This document shows positions 8,496 to 16,186 of a DNA stretch of 26,487 bases, in pieces (positions within the stretch are counted from its first letter, which is position 1; every line of letters begins with the position of its first letter). Both the position numbers and the translations under genes were made by a program. The notes beneath the pieces were generated by a model that had not been told where the DNA came from, made no database searches, and saw only the letters and a list, made by a program, of their open reading frames with translations. The stretch comes from Candidatus Micrarchaeota archaeon (GTDB lineage Archaea; Micrarchaeota; Micrarchaeia; Anstonellales; Bilamarchaeaceae): assembly GCA_964454475.1 (NCBI GenBank), contig CAYVTJ010000001.1, forward strand, positions 1 to 26,487, given 5' to 3'.

Positions 8496-8888
8496 ATGCT
8501 TGTTGCGTATACTGATGGCGCTTCCATGGGCAACCCTGGTCCTATGGGCATTGGAGTGGTGATATACAAGGATGGATTCAGGGTTGAGGAGTTGAGTAAA
8601 TATATCGGAAGGGGAACCAACAACATCGCTGAATACTCTGCTGTGATCAAAGCCCTTGAGACTGCCCATCAGATGGGGGAGAAGCAGATACATGTGAAGA
8701 GCGATAGTCAGCTTGTAATTCGCCAGTTGGGCGGAGCATACAAGGTGAAGGATCCAAAGCTGAAGACTTTAAAAAGAAGGATAGATCGGCTTTCCAGGGG
8801 TCTGATTGTGAGTTTCGAACATATCCCCAGAGAGAGGAACAGGGAAGCGGATCTTTTGTCAAAAAAAGGAGCTAAGCTCTCAGGATAG
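8496..8888 (+). CDS. rnhA: Ribonuclease HI (archaeal type)
   Basis: All four acidic catalytic positions are present: YTDGASMGNPG, TNNIAEY, KSDSQLV and NREADLLS, plus HIPRERN. Start reassigned to the ATG at 8496. Confidence 0.92.
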   Translation: MLVAYTDGASMGNPGPMGIGVVIYKDGFRVEELSKYIGRGTNNIAEYSAVIKALETAHQMGEKQIHVKSDSQLVIRQLGGAYKVKDPKLKTLKRRIDRLSRGLIVSFEHIPRERNREADLLSKKGAKLSG

Positions 8889-8925
8889 AAAACGTTTTAT
8901 TAACAGATGCGAGCCAAACAGATTT

Positions 8926-10089
8926 ATGGATATCAGAATAGATCCTTCACTGGCCAAGCTTATGACTTTCGAGCTTTCAAAGAAAGAGCCGATCCACAGA
9001 TGGTTCTGGTACAAGGAAGGATATTCCCCCCAGCTCATTGATCGCATTATCAGAACCGAACGATTCGATGGAAAAGGTCTCATCCATGACCCCTTTTGTG
9101 GTGTTGGAACGACCCTCCTTTCTGCCAAGGAGAATGGATTCGATTCTGCCGGTGTGGACTCCTCCCCTTTAGCAGTGTTCGCATCAAGAACCAAAACAGA
9201 TGATTATTCCGAATCTGATGTGGATGAAGTGGAGGGGTTCCTTAAAAACATACCAAAGGGAAATGTGTGCCACAAGGATCTGCGATGGGATTTCGAGCTG
9301 TTCCCGCCCAGAGCCGCCTTTCCAAAGAGGAATTTCCTTGAGATATCCAATCTAAGAAGATCGATCCTGGACGTAGACGGGAAAGCCGGCAATCTCCTCC
9401 TTTTGGGATTGATCTCGATCATACCCATGGCAAGCATCGTGGTCAAGGACGGCGGTGTCTTGAAGATTGACAAGAAGAAGAGAGCGGTGCCTGCAAAGAA
9501 CGCATTCAGAAGACGGATGAGGTCGATCCTCTCAGATCTACGTGAAAAGAAGAATGGCGGGCAGAGGAAAGCCCCTCTCCCTGATATAGAGCTTGGCGAT
9601 GCAAGAGCTCTCCAGGCTGAAGATGATTCAGCAGGAATGGTCATCACATCCCCGCCTTATCTCAATAATGTTGATTATTCCAAGGTATATGGGCTTGAAT
9701 TATCTCTACTTTCACTCGATCCGGCAGAGACAAAGAGGGCAAGGGCCGACTCCCTTAGATCATTCATCGGACACGACAGTCTGGCTGATGAACCGCCTCA
9801 GGAGGCGGGAGACCTCGGAAAGAGCATCCCCATCATCGGAACCTATTTCTCTGACATGGAACGATCCATCAAAGAGATGCACAGGATACTGGTTGAAGGC
9901 GGTTCTGCACACATCGTGGTTTCGAACTCAGTGATACGCAGAACCCATGTGATGGTTGATGAGATTCTGGCAGAGATCGGGGAGAGGCTCGGATTCGAGA
10001 GCTCAATAATAATCGGGGCTGAAAGAGTGGCGGATGTGAGACCGCAAAAGGTCAAGACACGCGAGAGCATCGTGGTGTTGAGAAAATGA
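8926..10089 (+). CDS. SAM-dependent amino-DNA methyltransferase, alpha-class motif order, probably N4-cytosine; no cognate endonuclease in the window
   Basis: N-terminal IHRWFWYKEGYS, motif I DPFCGVGTT, and catalytic motif IV ITSPPYLN located C-terminal to the variable region. SPPY is typical of m4C enzymes. Confidence 0.85.
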   Translation: MDIRIDPSLAKLMTFELSKKEPIHRWFWYKEGYSPQLIDRIIRTERFDGKGLIHDPFCGVGTTLLSAKENGFDSAGVDSSPLAVFASRTKTDDYSESDVDEVEGFLKNIPKGNVCHKDLRWDFELFPPRAAFPKRNFLEISNLRRSILDVDGKAGNLLLLGLISIIPMASIVVKDGGVLKIDKKKRAVPAKNAFRRRMRSILSDLREKKNGGQRKAPLPDIELGDARALQAEDDSAGMVITSPPYLNNVDYSKVYGLELSLLSLDPAETKRARADSLRSFIGHDSLADEPPQEAGDLGKSIPIIGTYFSDMERSIKEMHRILVEGGSAHIVVSNSVIRRTHVMVDEILAEIGERLGFESSIIIGAERVADVRPQKVKTRESIVVLRK

Positions 10090-10778
10090 AAACCAGGGAG
10101 GTCTTATCCAGACTTGCGGAGTTGGGAAGAGCATCTGATCCTGGATACCTGGAGAGCTATTCAAGAGCCGGGATCAACACCTCCAATGCACTGGGCATAC
10201 CGGTTCCTGATTTAAGGAGGCTCGCAAAAGAGATCGGAAAGGATCATGGGCTGGCACTGGAGCTTTGGGCTTCGGATCTTCATGAAGCGAAACTTCTGGC
10301 GCCTCTCATTGATGAGGCCGATTCTGTTACAGAGGATCAGATGGAAAGATGGGCGGCAGATTTCCATTCATGGGATGTCTGCGATCAGTGCTGTTCGAAC
10401 CTATTTGACAGGACAGGACATTGTCAGAAGAAAATAAGGGAATGGGTTGGAAGCGATAAGGAGTTCGTTCGGAGGGCAGGATTCGTGCTGATGGCGACAA
10501 GCGCGGTCCATGACAAAAAGGCACCGGATGAGCGATTTGTTCAATACCTGCCACTGGTAAAAAAGTACTCCTATGATTCCAGGAACTTTGTCAAGAAGGG
10601 CATCAACTGGGCGCTTAGGCAGATCGGCAAGAGAAACATCAGGCTGCATGGAAAAGCCCTTAAAGTTGCAAAAGAACTTATGGCCTCAGATGATAAGACC
10701 AAGAGATGGGTAGGTTCTGTCGCTGTTAAGGAATTGGAAAAGAAAGAAATCACCGAAAGGATCAGGAGACGCCGATGA
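10086..10778 (+). CDS. alkD: AlkD-family DNA alkylation repair glycosylase (HEAT-like repeat)
   Basis: GIPVPDLRRLAK, SWDVCD (the W-x3-D pair), EWVGSDKEFVRRAG (catalytic Arg) and FVKKGINWALRQIGK. ATGA overlap with the methyltransferase stop. Confidence 0.9.
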   Translation: MKTREVLSRLAELGRASDPGYLESYSRAGINTSNALGIPVPDLRRLAKEIGKDHGLALELWASDLHEAKLLAPLIDEADSVTEDQMERWAADFHSWDVCDQCCSNLFDRTGHCQKKIREWVGSDKEFVRRAGFVLMATSAVHDKKAPDERFVQYLPLVKKYSYDSRNFVKKGINWALRQIGKRNIRLHGKALKVAKELMASDDKTKRWVGSVAVKELEKKEITERIRRRR

Positions 10779-10968
10779 ATCTGCCTGAGCATCAATGTTT
10801 CAGAAGAGGACGCCCAGATGAGAGGACACTTCCCAGGTTTGGCTTGAATCGGAGAGGGATTAGGGTTAAACCCATAATACTGCCGACGGCCTATTAATTG
10901 TAAATCCTTTCCCCTGTATAATATCCTTGCTATTTGATGTATACTCTCATATTTGGAAGGTAATTCTC

Positions 10969-12156
10969 ATGTTGATAGGTATCGTTGGAAAACCCTCGGT
11001 TGGAAAGAGCACGTTTTTCATGGCTGCCACATCGGCGGTGGTAGCGCGCTCTTCCAGGCCATTCACCACGATAAAGCCAAATCGCGGTGTCGGTTATGTT
11101 GAGGTCGAATGCGTTGACAAGGAATTTGGCAAACAGTGCAATCCCAGAACAGGATACTGCATTAATGGAAGGAGATTCGTACCTGTGGAACTGCTTGATG
11201 TTGCAGGTCTTGTTCCCGGTGCGCACCTGGGCAAAGGGCTTGGAAACAAGTTCCTTGATGATCTGAGACAGGCCGATGTTCTGATCCACATCGTGGATGC
11301 AAGCGGTTCAACCAATGAAGTCGGTGAAAAGATCCCTGCTGGAAGCTATGATCCATGCAATGATGTGAGATTCCTGGAAGAGGAGCTTGTTTATTGGATC
11401 AAGGGAATCCTCGAAAGGAACTGGAACAAGCTGATGCGGGAAGCCAAGAATGCCAAGAATGAGGATGTGATAAGCCAGCAGTTCGCAGGACTAGGGATCA
11501 AGAGAGAAACCATTAGCAGAATACTGAGAGAGAAAGGCCTCGAGGAGAAGCCTCTTGATTCATGGACAGACGAAGAGAGGTTCGGTCTTGCCCTGCAGGC
11601 AAGACGTATAGGAAAACCGATCATAATCGCTGCAAACAAGGCGGATCTTCCCCATGGTGGTGAGAATCTCAAGAAGCTCAGGCAGGAATTCCCGCAGCTT
11701 CTTATCATTCCCTGTTCCTGCGAAGCGGAGATAGCACTGAAAGCGGCGGCAAAAAGCGGATTTATCGAATACATCCCAGGAGATTCCGATTTTAAGATAG
11801 TCGGAGATCTCAATTCCCAACAGGAACAGGCCATGGAACTTCTCAAGGAGGTGTGTGGAAAATATGATGGCACAGGGGTGCAGAAATGCCTCAATGCGGC
11901 GGTTTTCGATTTCCTGAATTATATTGCAGTATTCCCTGGCGGGGTGGGGAAGCTCGAAGATTCGGAGGGAAGAGTGCTTGCGGACTGTTTTCTCATGCCT
12001 CCTGAAAGCACTGCCCTGGATTTCGCATTCCGTCTCCATAGTGATATCGGAGAAGGGTTCATCAAGGCTATCGATGCAAGAAGCGGGAAGGCGGTGGGGA
12101 AAAGCCATCTCCTTAAACACAGGGATATACTGGAGATAGTATTCAAGAAAAAGTAG
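10969..12156 (+). CDS. ychF: YchF/Obg-family NTPase with TGS domain (archaeal type)
   Basis: GKPSVGKST, PFTTIKPN, LLDVAGLVPGAHLGKGLGNKFLDDLRQAD, ANKAD, and a C-terminal TGS domain (STALDFAFRLHSDIG). Start reassigned to the ATG at 10969. Confidence 0.93.
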   Translation: MLIGIVGKPSVGKSTFFMAATSAVVARSSRPFTTIKPNRGVGYVEVECVDKEFGKQCNPRTGYCINGRRFVPVELLDVAGLVPGAHLGKGLGNKFLDDLRQADVLIHIVDASGSTNEVGEKIPAGSYDPCNDVRFLEEELVYWIKGILERNWNKLMREAKNAKNEDVISQQFAGLGIKRETISRILREKGLEEKPLDSWTDEERFGLALQARRIGKPIIIAANKADLPHGGENLKKLRQEFPQLLIIPCSCEAEIALKAAAKSGFIEYIPGDSDFKIVGDLNSQQEQAMELLKEVCGKYDGTGVQKCLNAAVFDFLNYIAVFPGGVGKLEDSEGRVLADCFLMPPESTALDFAFRLHSDIGEGFIKAIDARSGKAVGKSHLLKHRDILEIVFKKK

Positions 12157-12576
12157 GTGATATTGGTGATAATAGTTTTAACAGCCTATCCTGATATGAG
12201 AAGTGCTGAGAAATCCGCAGAAAATCTTCTGGATGAAGGACTTGCCGCATGCGTGAACATGATCCAGATAGGGAAATCCATCTACAGATGGAAGGGCCGT
12301 ATAAGGAAAGAGAAGGAATATCTTCTTCTTATAAAAACAACGATCAAGGCTTATCGTGATGTGGAAATCCATATCAAAAAGAACCACCCTTATGATATTC
12401 CTGAGGTCATATACCTGAAGGCAAGCGGCGGAGATAAGGATTACATTCGGTGGTTGGAAGACAATATCTCTTCAAGACTTTTCAGTGTCCCGCTTGATTT
12501 TAAGGTACGAAGACGGGCGGATACACCATCAAGGGAGGAGAGGAGAGCCAGAAAACCAAGAATATCGTTGAGATGA
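12157..12576 (+). CDS. cutA: CutA divalent-cation tolerance protein with about 35-aa C-terminal extension
   Basis: LAACVN, SIYRWKG, EYLLLIKT, HPYDIPE and YIRWL. The real start may be TTG 12163 or GTG 12166 behind GGTGA at 12156-12160. Stop is TGA at 12574-12576. Confidence 0.9.
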   Translation: MILVIIVLTAYPDMRSAEKSAENLLDEGLAACVNMIQIGKSIYRWKGRIRKEKEYLLLIKTTIKAYRDVEIHIKKNHPYDIPEVIYLKASGGDKDYIRWLEDNISSRLFSVPLDFKVRRRADTPSREERRARKPRISLR

Positions 12577-12776
12577 TTCCTGTTGCATCTTGCTATGCCT
12601 TTCCTGGTTGCTGGGGAATAGCGGACAAGTTTGAGAGCAAGAAAGGACATGCCATATTCCCCGAAGAATCTTAATGCCTCTTTGTTTAGCGCTCTTCCGA
12701 GTTCGTTTTCACCCATCCCAGTTCCTTCTAATTGGAATAGAACATATCTTTTCTTGAGTGCTCCGGCCTTGGCCAT
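12441..12776 (-). CDS. rnp2: RNase P protein component 2 (Pop5/Rpp14)
   Basis: KKRYVLF, LRFFGEYG, GIARCNR and RTLKSSGTLKSL. The ATG at 12776 is preceded by an AGGAG SD on the minus strand. Confidence 0.88.
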   Translation of the reverse strand: MAKAGALKKRYVLFQLEGTGMGENELGRALNKEALRFFGEYGMSFLALKLVRYSPATRKGIARCNRNHLNDILGFLALLSSLDGVSARLRTLKSSGTLKSLEEILSSNHRM

Positions 12777-12827
12777 ACTCCTATTGCTCTCACAATGTTT
12801 TTTAATTGGAACGAGCATTAGTCCTTC

Positions 12828-13265
12828 ATGTCAAGAGTAATGATCATCTGCGGAAGCGAAAGCGATAAAGGGATTGCGGAAAAGGTCGAAAGGGTGCTGG
12901 ATGATTTCAATGTGGACTACTCTCTGGAGTATGCATCAGCACACCGAAATCCTGAGAAGGTGGAAAGGCTTGTATCCAGAAGCGATGCTGAAGTTTTCAT
13001 TGCCATTGCAGGTTTGTCCGCCGCGCTCCCTGGCGTTGTTGCCAGCAAAACCATAAGACCAGTCGTAGGAGTGCCCGTCAGTGCGAAGCTGGGGGGTCTT
13101 GATGCTCTTCTTTCGATAGCTCAAATGCCCTCCAGAATCCCAGTAGCATCCGTAGGCATAGATAATGGCTCAAATGCAGCATACCTTGCCTTGGGGATAT
13201 TGAGCATAAAGGACAGGGAGTTGGCAGCCAGGCTGAACGATTTTAGGAAAAAGATGAAGTCCTGA
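12828..13265 (+). CDS. purE: PurE (N5-CAIR mutase / AIR carboxylase)
   Basis: [43 protein letters not shown] and PVASVGIDN. Confidence 0.95.
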   Translation: MSRVMIICGSESDKGIAEKVERVLDDFNVDYSLEYASAHRNPEKVERLVSRSDAEVFIAIAGLSAALPGVVASKTIRPVVGVPVSAKLGGLDALLSIAQMPSRIPVASVGIDNGSNAAYLALGILSIKDRELAARLNDFRKKMKS

Positions 13266-13295
13266 TGCACCATTATATAATCGGAGTCTGAAATC

Positions 13296-13871
13296 ATGAA
13301 AAGACCTGAATTCCACTTTCCTCCGTTACTGAAAAGATGCAAAAGAGGCGGTCCGGCAGTCACACATCCGAAGGATGCAGGAGCGGTCATCGCATATGCC
13401 GGAATCGGAAAGGAATCTTTTGCTGTAGAACTTGGCAGTGGATCCGGTTTTATGACCATCCAACTCGCGAACATCGCAAATAGGGTTGTTACATACGAAA
13501 AGAGATTGGAATTCCAGAAGATTGCAATGGCCAATGTCGGGAGGGCCGGCCTGGAAAACGTGGAATTCAAACTGAAAGACGTTTTTGACGGGATAGATGA
13601 AACCGAAGCTGATCTTATCTACTGCGATATCGCTCAACCGGAGAAAATAATAAACGAGATGCATCATGCGGTAAGGGATGGCGGTTTCCTTGCAGCCCAT
13701 TGTCTCAATATTGAGCAGGCCAAGGAGTTCCATCTGGCGGCAAAATCCATTTTCACCAAGGTATTCATGATCGATGTCTCAGTCAGGGAGTATGATGTGC
13801 GGGATTTCGGGGTAAGGCCCAAGCATTTCGGACTTTTGCACACCGCCTACCTGGTATTCGCAAGGAAATAA
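13296..13871 (+). CDS. trmI: tRNA (adenine-N1) methyltransferase, TrmI/GCD14 family, short form
   Basis: PAVTHPKDAG, the SAM motif VELGSGSG, VVTYEKR, a DIAQP motif, and a C-terminal RPKHFGLLHTAYLVFARK typical of TrmI. Confidence 0.85.
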   Translation: MKRPEFHFPPLLKRCKRGGPAVTHPKDAGAVIAYAGIGKESFAVELGSGSGFMTIQLANIANRVVTYEKRLEFQKIAMANVGRAGLENVEFKLKDVFDGIDETEADLIYCDIAQPEKIINEMHHAVRDGGFLAAHCLNIEQAKEFHLAAKSIFTKVFMIDVSVREYDVRDFGVRPKHFGLLHTAYLVFARK

Positions 13872-13876
13872 GTTGA

Positions 13877-14407
13877 TCATTTTTTTTCTTTTCTGGCATA
13901 TCCAGCCAGCTCATCGAGCAACCCCGTCGTTCTATCTGCATATTTCCCGTCTCTTATATGCCCATTTTCATCGAATAAATCGGATATGTTGCTAAAGAAC
14001 AATGATCTGAGAATGGGCTTCATCCCAAGAGACACGCAGAGCAGTTTCAATTGTTCCACTGCCCTTGCTCCCCCGAAAGTTCCTGCCGACACCCCGCAAA
14101 CCGATACATGCTTGCCATAGTATTCCTTGTATAACATATCAAGCATCATTTTCAATTCACCGGGAAAAGAATGATTGTATTCAGGGGATATAATTATGAT
14201 TGCATCCGATTTTGTGATCTCATCCCGAAGCCTTTCTGCTTCCTTTTGCTTTCCGCTATTGTCTGTAGCTTCTATACGGAAATCCCTGACATCGACAATC
14301 CTGCTCACTATATTTCTACTATGAATCTGTTCCACCATATATCTTGCTGCCTTTTCCGATTGCCTTCCTTCTCTCGCAGTTCCGAGTATAACAGGTATAT
14401 ACATCAT
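13877..14407 (-). CDS. NADPH-dependent FMN reductase (SsuE/flavodoxin-like)
   Basis: VILGTAREGRQS, IIISPEYNHSFPGELK and SAGTFGGARA. Confidence 0.9.
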   Translation of the reverse strand: MMYIPVILGTAREGRQSEKAARYMVEQIHSRNIVSRIVDVRDFRIEATDNSGKQKEAERLRDEITKSDAIIIISPEYNHSFPGELKMMLDMLYKEYYGKHVSVCGVSAGTFGGARAVEQLKLLCVSLGMKPILRSLFFSNISDLFDENGHIRDGKYADRTTGLLDELAGYARKEKK

Positions 14408-15465
14408 CTCACCTCTTCCAGTGCTTTAATCACAGAATAATCATTGGGATCGGATTTTCCATATCCCGAGAATTCCAGTTGTTCATCTGTTTTTCCTTCA
14501 GCATCTATCGCAAGGTCTGATCCATCTGAAACCGCCATAATCGTACCATCAAGGTCTGTCCTGAACGTCTTTCCGGTACCTCCTCGCTCATGGATTCTTG
14601 AAAGGACGCTCCTCCTTGGATGGAAATGCCCGTCAATAGCGCTCTGCTTCTGATTCGTAGATAGTATGTAGTATTCGGCATCGACGGCATCCAGGAATCC
14701 TTCCCCTGATGAGCTGTGGGACCCATGGTGGCCTACTTTCAATAGGTCTGATGAAAGCCCTGTTCCCTGATCCATGAGCTCCCATTCGCATTCCTTTGTG
14801 CAATCCCCTGTTAAGAGCATGGAGGTTTTTCCATAAGTCAGCTTGAAGAGGATGCTGTTGTCGTTCTCGTCAGACCAGCAACCCTTTTCACGGTCGTATG
14901 CAACTATCAACTCCTCTGAAAGGCAAGGATCGATATCAAAGCTCATGTCCTCTGTCACTACTGTCGTGTTTTCGTCTTTTAATAAACCTTCTGCCAGCAA
15001 TGCTGTCCTGGTGGAATAGCCCCCGCAATTTCCATTATGGTAGATCGCCCCAATATTTATCCCTTCCTGTATGATCCCCTTCACGCCTCCGATATGATCT
15101 TCATGATAATGGGTAAGTATCAGCGCATCCAGTCTTTTGATCTTTTTTTCCCTGAAGAAATCCAGCATATATTCCGAGGAGTGCTCTTTCAAGCCAGAGC
15201 CGGTATCTACCAGGATCGTCCTGTTTTCAGGGGTTATCAATAGAATCGAGTCAGCCTGGCTTACATTAAGGAAATACACCTTCAGCAGGCCGCATCCAGA
15301 GAGGTCGTGATCTGTGTCATCATACTGTTCCAGAATCAAACTGAGGTTTCTTAGGATCTCATCCAGGGTACCAGATTCCAGAAAATCCTCCGAGAAGGTG
15401 ATATAAATCGCTCCTAGTATCGAAAATAGCAACAGACATCCGATCAGCCCACGGGATTTTTCCAT
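14404..15465 (-). CDS. Membrane-anchored metallo-beta-lactamase-fold hydrolase, ComEC/Rec2 C-terminal-like
   Basis: N-terminal TM or signal segment, VYFLNVSQADSILL, LVDTG, THYHEDHIGG (HxHxDH), NDNSI, LLTGD, KVGHHGS, a YGHP-like GHFHP, and FRTDLDGTI. Confidence 0.88.
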   Translation of the reverse strand: MEKSRGLIGCLLLFSILGAIYITFSEDFLESGTLDEILRNLSLILEQYDDTDHDLSGCGLLKVYFLNVSQADSILLITPENRTILVDTGSGLKEHSSEYMLDFFREKKIKRLDALILTHYHEDHIGGVKGIIQEGINIGAIYHNGNCGGYSTRTALLAEGLLKDENTTVVTEDMSFDIDPCLSEELIVAYDREKGCWSDENDNSILFKLTYGKTSMLLTGDCTKECEWELMDQGTGLSSDLLKVGHHGSHSSSGEGFLDAVDAEYYILSTNQKQSAIDGHFHPRRSVLSRIHERGGTGKTFRTDLDGTIMAVSDGSDLAIDAEGKTDEQLEFSGYGKSDPNDYSVIKALEEVR

Positions 15466-15624
15466 GTCCTTTTTTCACCTTTTGTCGCAGGGAATCCCGT
15501 TCCTTCGGATTGGGTTCGCGACCTGTATATTGAAGGCATTTCGGATATAAATCTTCTGTGCACACACTATCCCAGGACTGTTTTCTGTTCAAGCGGGCAC
15601 CTAAATCCATCTAAGCGACCGGCC

Positions 15625-16071
15625 TTATCCTATTATGATCAGTGTTTTGGTCTTAGAGACTCCTTCCAGCATTTGTATCCCTGATAACAATAGATCGTCA
15701 AGTTGATCCAAATCAGCGACTCTCACTTTTGCGACCAGGTCCGTTTCTCCGGTCACGACATTCACATACTCGACACCCGCCATTGTTTTAATATCATTTG
15801 AAAGATCCTGCTGGCTTTTTCTCTTTTCTTTGAGTACTTTTACATCAGCACTGATCAGGATAAATGCTCCGATGTCAAGGCCTAACTTTTTCTTGTCTAT
15901 GTTCACGGTGAAATTCTTTATCAGGCCATCCTGTTTCATCTTCATTATCCTGGAATGCACAGTCGTGGGGGCTATGTTGGTTTTCTTCGCTATTTTCCTG
16001 ACCGTGTAATCCCCATGCTCCTTTAGCATATCCAATATCGCCATATCCTTTTCATCGGTTTTGTATGTCAT
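15625..16071 (-). CDS. Lrp/AsnC-family transcriptional regulator
   Basis: DEKDMAILDML, HTH IAKKTNIAPTTVHSRIMKM, GLIKNFTV, RAM-domain VTGETDLVAKV and GVSKTKT. The start is at 16071 or 16089. Confidence 0.93.
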   Translation of the reverse strand: MTYKTDEKDMAILDMLKEHGDYTVRKIAKKTNIAPTTVHSRIMKMKQDGLIKNFTVNIDKKKLGLDIGAFILISADVKVLKEKRKSQQDLSNDIKTMAGVEYVNVVTGETDLVAKVRVADLDQLDDLLLSGIQMLEGVSKTKTLIIIG

Positions 16072-16121
16072 TATTGAACAGGTGTTCATAAAATTATTTA
16101 AATTTTGGTTTTTTTCAGATG

Positions 16122-16145
16122 TTTATCCTAAAAATATTGGATAAA
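16122..16145. promoter_or_regulatory. Candidate Lrp/AsnC operator (inverted repeat) in the divergent promoter
   Basis: TTTATCC-N10-GGATAAA with an AT-rich spacer. It is immediately upstream of the TATA-like TATTAAATATA (16146-16156) and the GGTGA SD (16178-16182) of asnA. Confidence 0.45.
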
Positions 16146-16186
16146 TATTAAATATACCAGATGCCGCCTCTAAGTCAGGTGAAATT

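Noticed and set aside
8179-10853. Similar short sequences on both flanks of the rnhA-methyltransferase-alkD cluster (GAATCGGA at 8207-8214 and 10846-10853) as att or target-site repeats
   Set aside because: Only 8 identical bases with weak surrounding similarity, which is expected by chance. No integrase is present.
15484-15522. Archaeal SECIS (GAA-CCC...GGG-A on the minus strand)
   Set aside because: The lower stem is offset by 6 nt from the GAA/A loop. The upstream lrp gene ends in TAA and has no in-frame UGA.
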